From Styela clava (lineage: Eukaryota): a DNA stretch of 64,000 nucleotides. Made by a program: the position numbers and the translations under genes. The stretch lies in NCBI RefSeq assembly GCF_964204865.1, contig NC_135262.1, positions 15,066,001 to 15,130,000 on the forward strand. The letters are read 5' to 3'. Positions 62,748 to 64,000 of this stretch are shown here, one piece after another. Numbering within the stretch: position 1 is the first letter of the stretch; every line of letters begins with the position of its first letter. The notes beneath the pieces are model-generated. The model did no database searches. It saw only the letters and a program-made list of their open reading frames with translations, and was not told the origin of the DNA.

Positions 62748-64000
62748 TTAGTGTTCTTTAGTTTTATCTCCTTGTAGAGGAGGACCAATTAATTTCACAA
62801 TATCATCATAATTTAATACTTCTTTACTTAAAAGTTCTTTTGATAATATATCTAATTTATCCCTGTTGTTTTCAAGCAAGTCAGAAGCACGCTTATGGGC
62901 ACTGAACACAGTTTTTTTCACCTCATGGTCCATTGTAGTTTGTAAAGCATTACTATAAGGTCTCACGAATGACTCATCATCACTTGGATAAGATAGATGA
63001 CCGATTGTCGGATTCATTCCATAATACTTAACTTGAGCATATGCCATATCAGTAGCTTTTTTCAAGTCATCTTGTGAGCCTTGTGTCGTAGTTCCAAACA
63101 CTAAATTTTCAGCAGCCCTTCCAGCTAATATCATACTCATAATATCCAGTAATTGAGGCCTGGTTACTAGTTTTCTTTCAATCGGTAAAGTTTGGGTGTA
63201 CCCGAGAGCAGATTTTGTTCTTGGAACAATGGAAATTTTAACTAAGGAATCTGTGTGCTTTGACAGCCATCCAACAAGAGCATGGCCAGCTTCATGAACA
63301 GCTACAATTTTCCTTTCTTCTGTAGAAAGGGAAGATGACTTTTTCGCTGATCCTGCTAACACCCGTTCAAATGCCTGTTCAAAGTGTTTAGTATCAATAT
63401 AAATATCCTTATTCCTTGCAGCACATATAGCAGCTTCGTTACAAACATTGGCAATATCTGCTCCACTCATTCCAGGAGAAAGATCTGATAGTCTTTCAGA
63501 ATAGCTTGTAGAAGGTTTGAATAGTTTCAAATTTTTCATGTGCTGTTCAAAAATTCCTTTACGCTCTATTTTTGTAGGAAGATCAATTGAAATATGTCGG
63601 TCAAACCTACCGGGACGCAGTAATGCTTTGTCCAGCATATCAGCTCGATTCGTCGATGCCATTACTATCACATTGTGCCTGTCGCTAAGCATACCATCCA
63701 TTTCTACCAATATTTGATTTAGTGTCTGATCTTTCTCAGATGAATTGGAACCCATAGATTCTTTTCCAGATCTTTTTGCTCCAACGGCATCCAACTCATC
63801 AATGTAAATTATACAGGGAGCTAAGGATCGTGCTTCCTTGAACAGTTCCCTAACCCTTCTAGCCCCAAATCCACCGATCAGTTCTACAAAATCAGAACCT
63901 GCTTTTGATAGGAAAGGAACATCAGCCTCAGAGGCAACAGCTTTTGCGAGAAGCGTTTTTCCGACTCCTGGAGGACCAGTTAAAAGAATGCCTCGTGGCA
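62748..64000 (-). CDS. SPG7: Paraplegin (m-AAA protease subunit), 3' part; runs off right edge
   Basis: Frame is open to the window end: GPPGVGKT Walker A, IIYIDE Walker B, STNRADMLDKALLRPGRFDR, HEAGH zinc motif. The HALVGW...KISIVPRT..ALG context fits SPG7 better than AFG3L2. Confidence 0.92.
   Translation of the reverse strand, partial: PRGILLTGPPGVGKTLLAKAVASEADVPFLSKAGSDFVELIGGFGARRVRELFKEARSLAPCIIYIDELDAVGAKRSGKESMGSNSSEKDQTLNQILVEMDGMLSDRHNVIVMASTNRADMLDKALLRPGRFDRHISIDLPTKIERKGIFEQHMKNLKLFKPSTSYSERLSDLSPGMSGADIANVCNEAAICAARNKDIYIDTKHFEQAFERVLAGSAKKSSSLSTEERKIVAVHEAGHALVGWLSKHTDSLVKISIVPRTKSALGYTQTLPIERKLVTRPQLLDIMSMILAGRAAENLVFGTTTQGSQDDLKKATDMAYAQVKYYGMNPTIGHLSYPSDDESFVRPYSNALQTTMDHEVKKTVFSAHKRASDLLENNRDKLDILSKELLSKEVLNYDDIVKLIGPPLQGDKTKEH

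Overview
AT-rich eukaryotic (animal) genomic DNA. The intron-poor co-oriented gene runs, splice acceptors just upstream of ATGs and the repeat families fit an ascidian tunicate; this is inference only. 1-18.5 kb: a cluster of intronless, unusually long (~700 aa) GT7 (beta-1,4-galactosyltransferase-like) genes. It holds the 5' end of one copy at the window edge, a tandem copy (- strand) and an inverted copy (+ strand). The last two lie in the arms of a ~4.5 kb inverted duplication around a TE-filled spacer (mini copia/GalEa LTR element, Helentron-type MITE, hAT remnant interrupted by a 1.56 kb fold-back element). 22-29 kb: co-oriented intronless TIMM29-DNAJC27-BYSL (- strand). 29-39 kb: nested TE graveyard (tRNA-SINEs, THAP-bearing palindrome, hAT MITEs, LINE and copia fragments, local duplications). 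~40.4 kb: candidate spliced 49-aa microprotein. 45-55 kb: 13-exon GTP-dependent PEPCK (+). 57-64 kb: co-oriented SPG7 (partial)-WDR3-JMJD7 (- strand). The most notable signal is the GT7 family: it carries natural substitutions at donor- and acceptor-determining positions (R228K, Y289G, D319S in bovine B4GALT1 numbering) plus a ~380-aa C-terminal extension.
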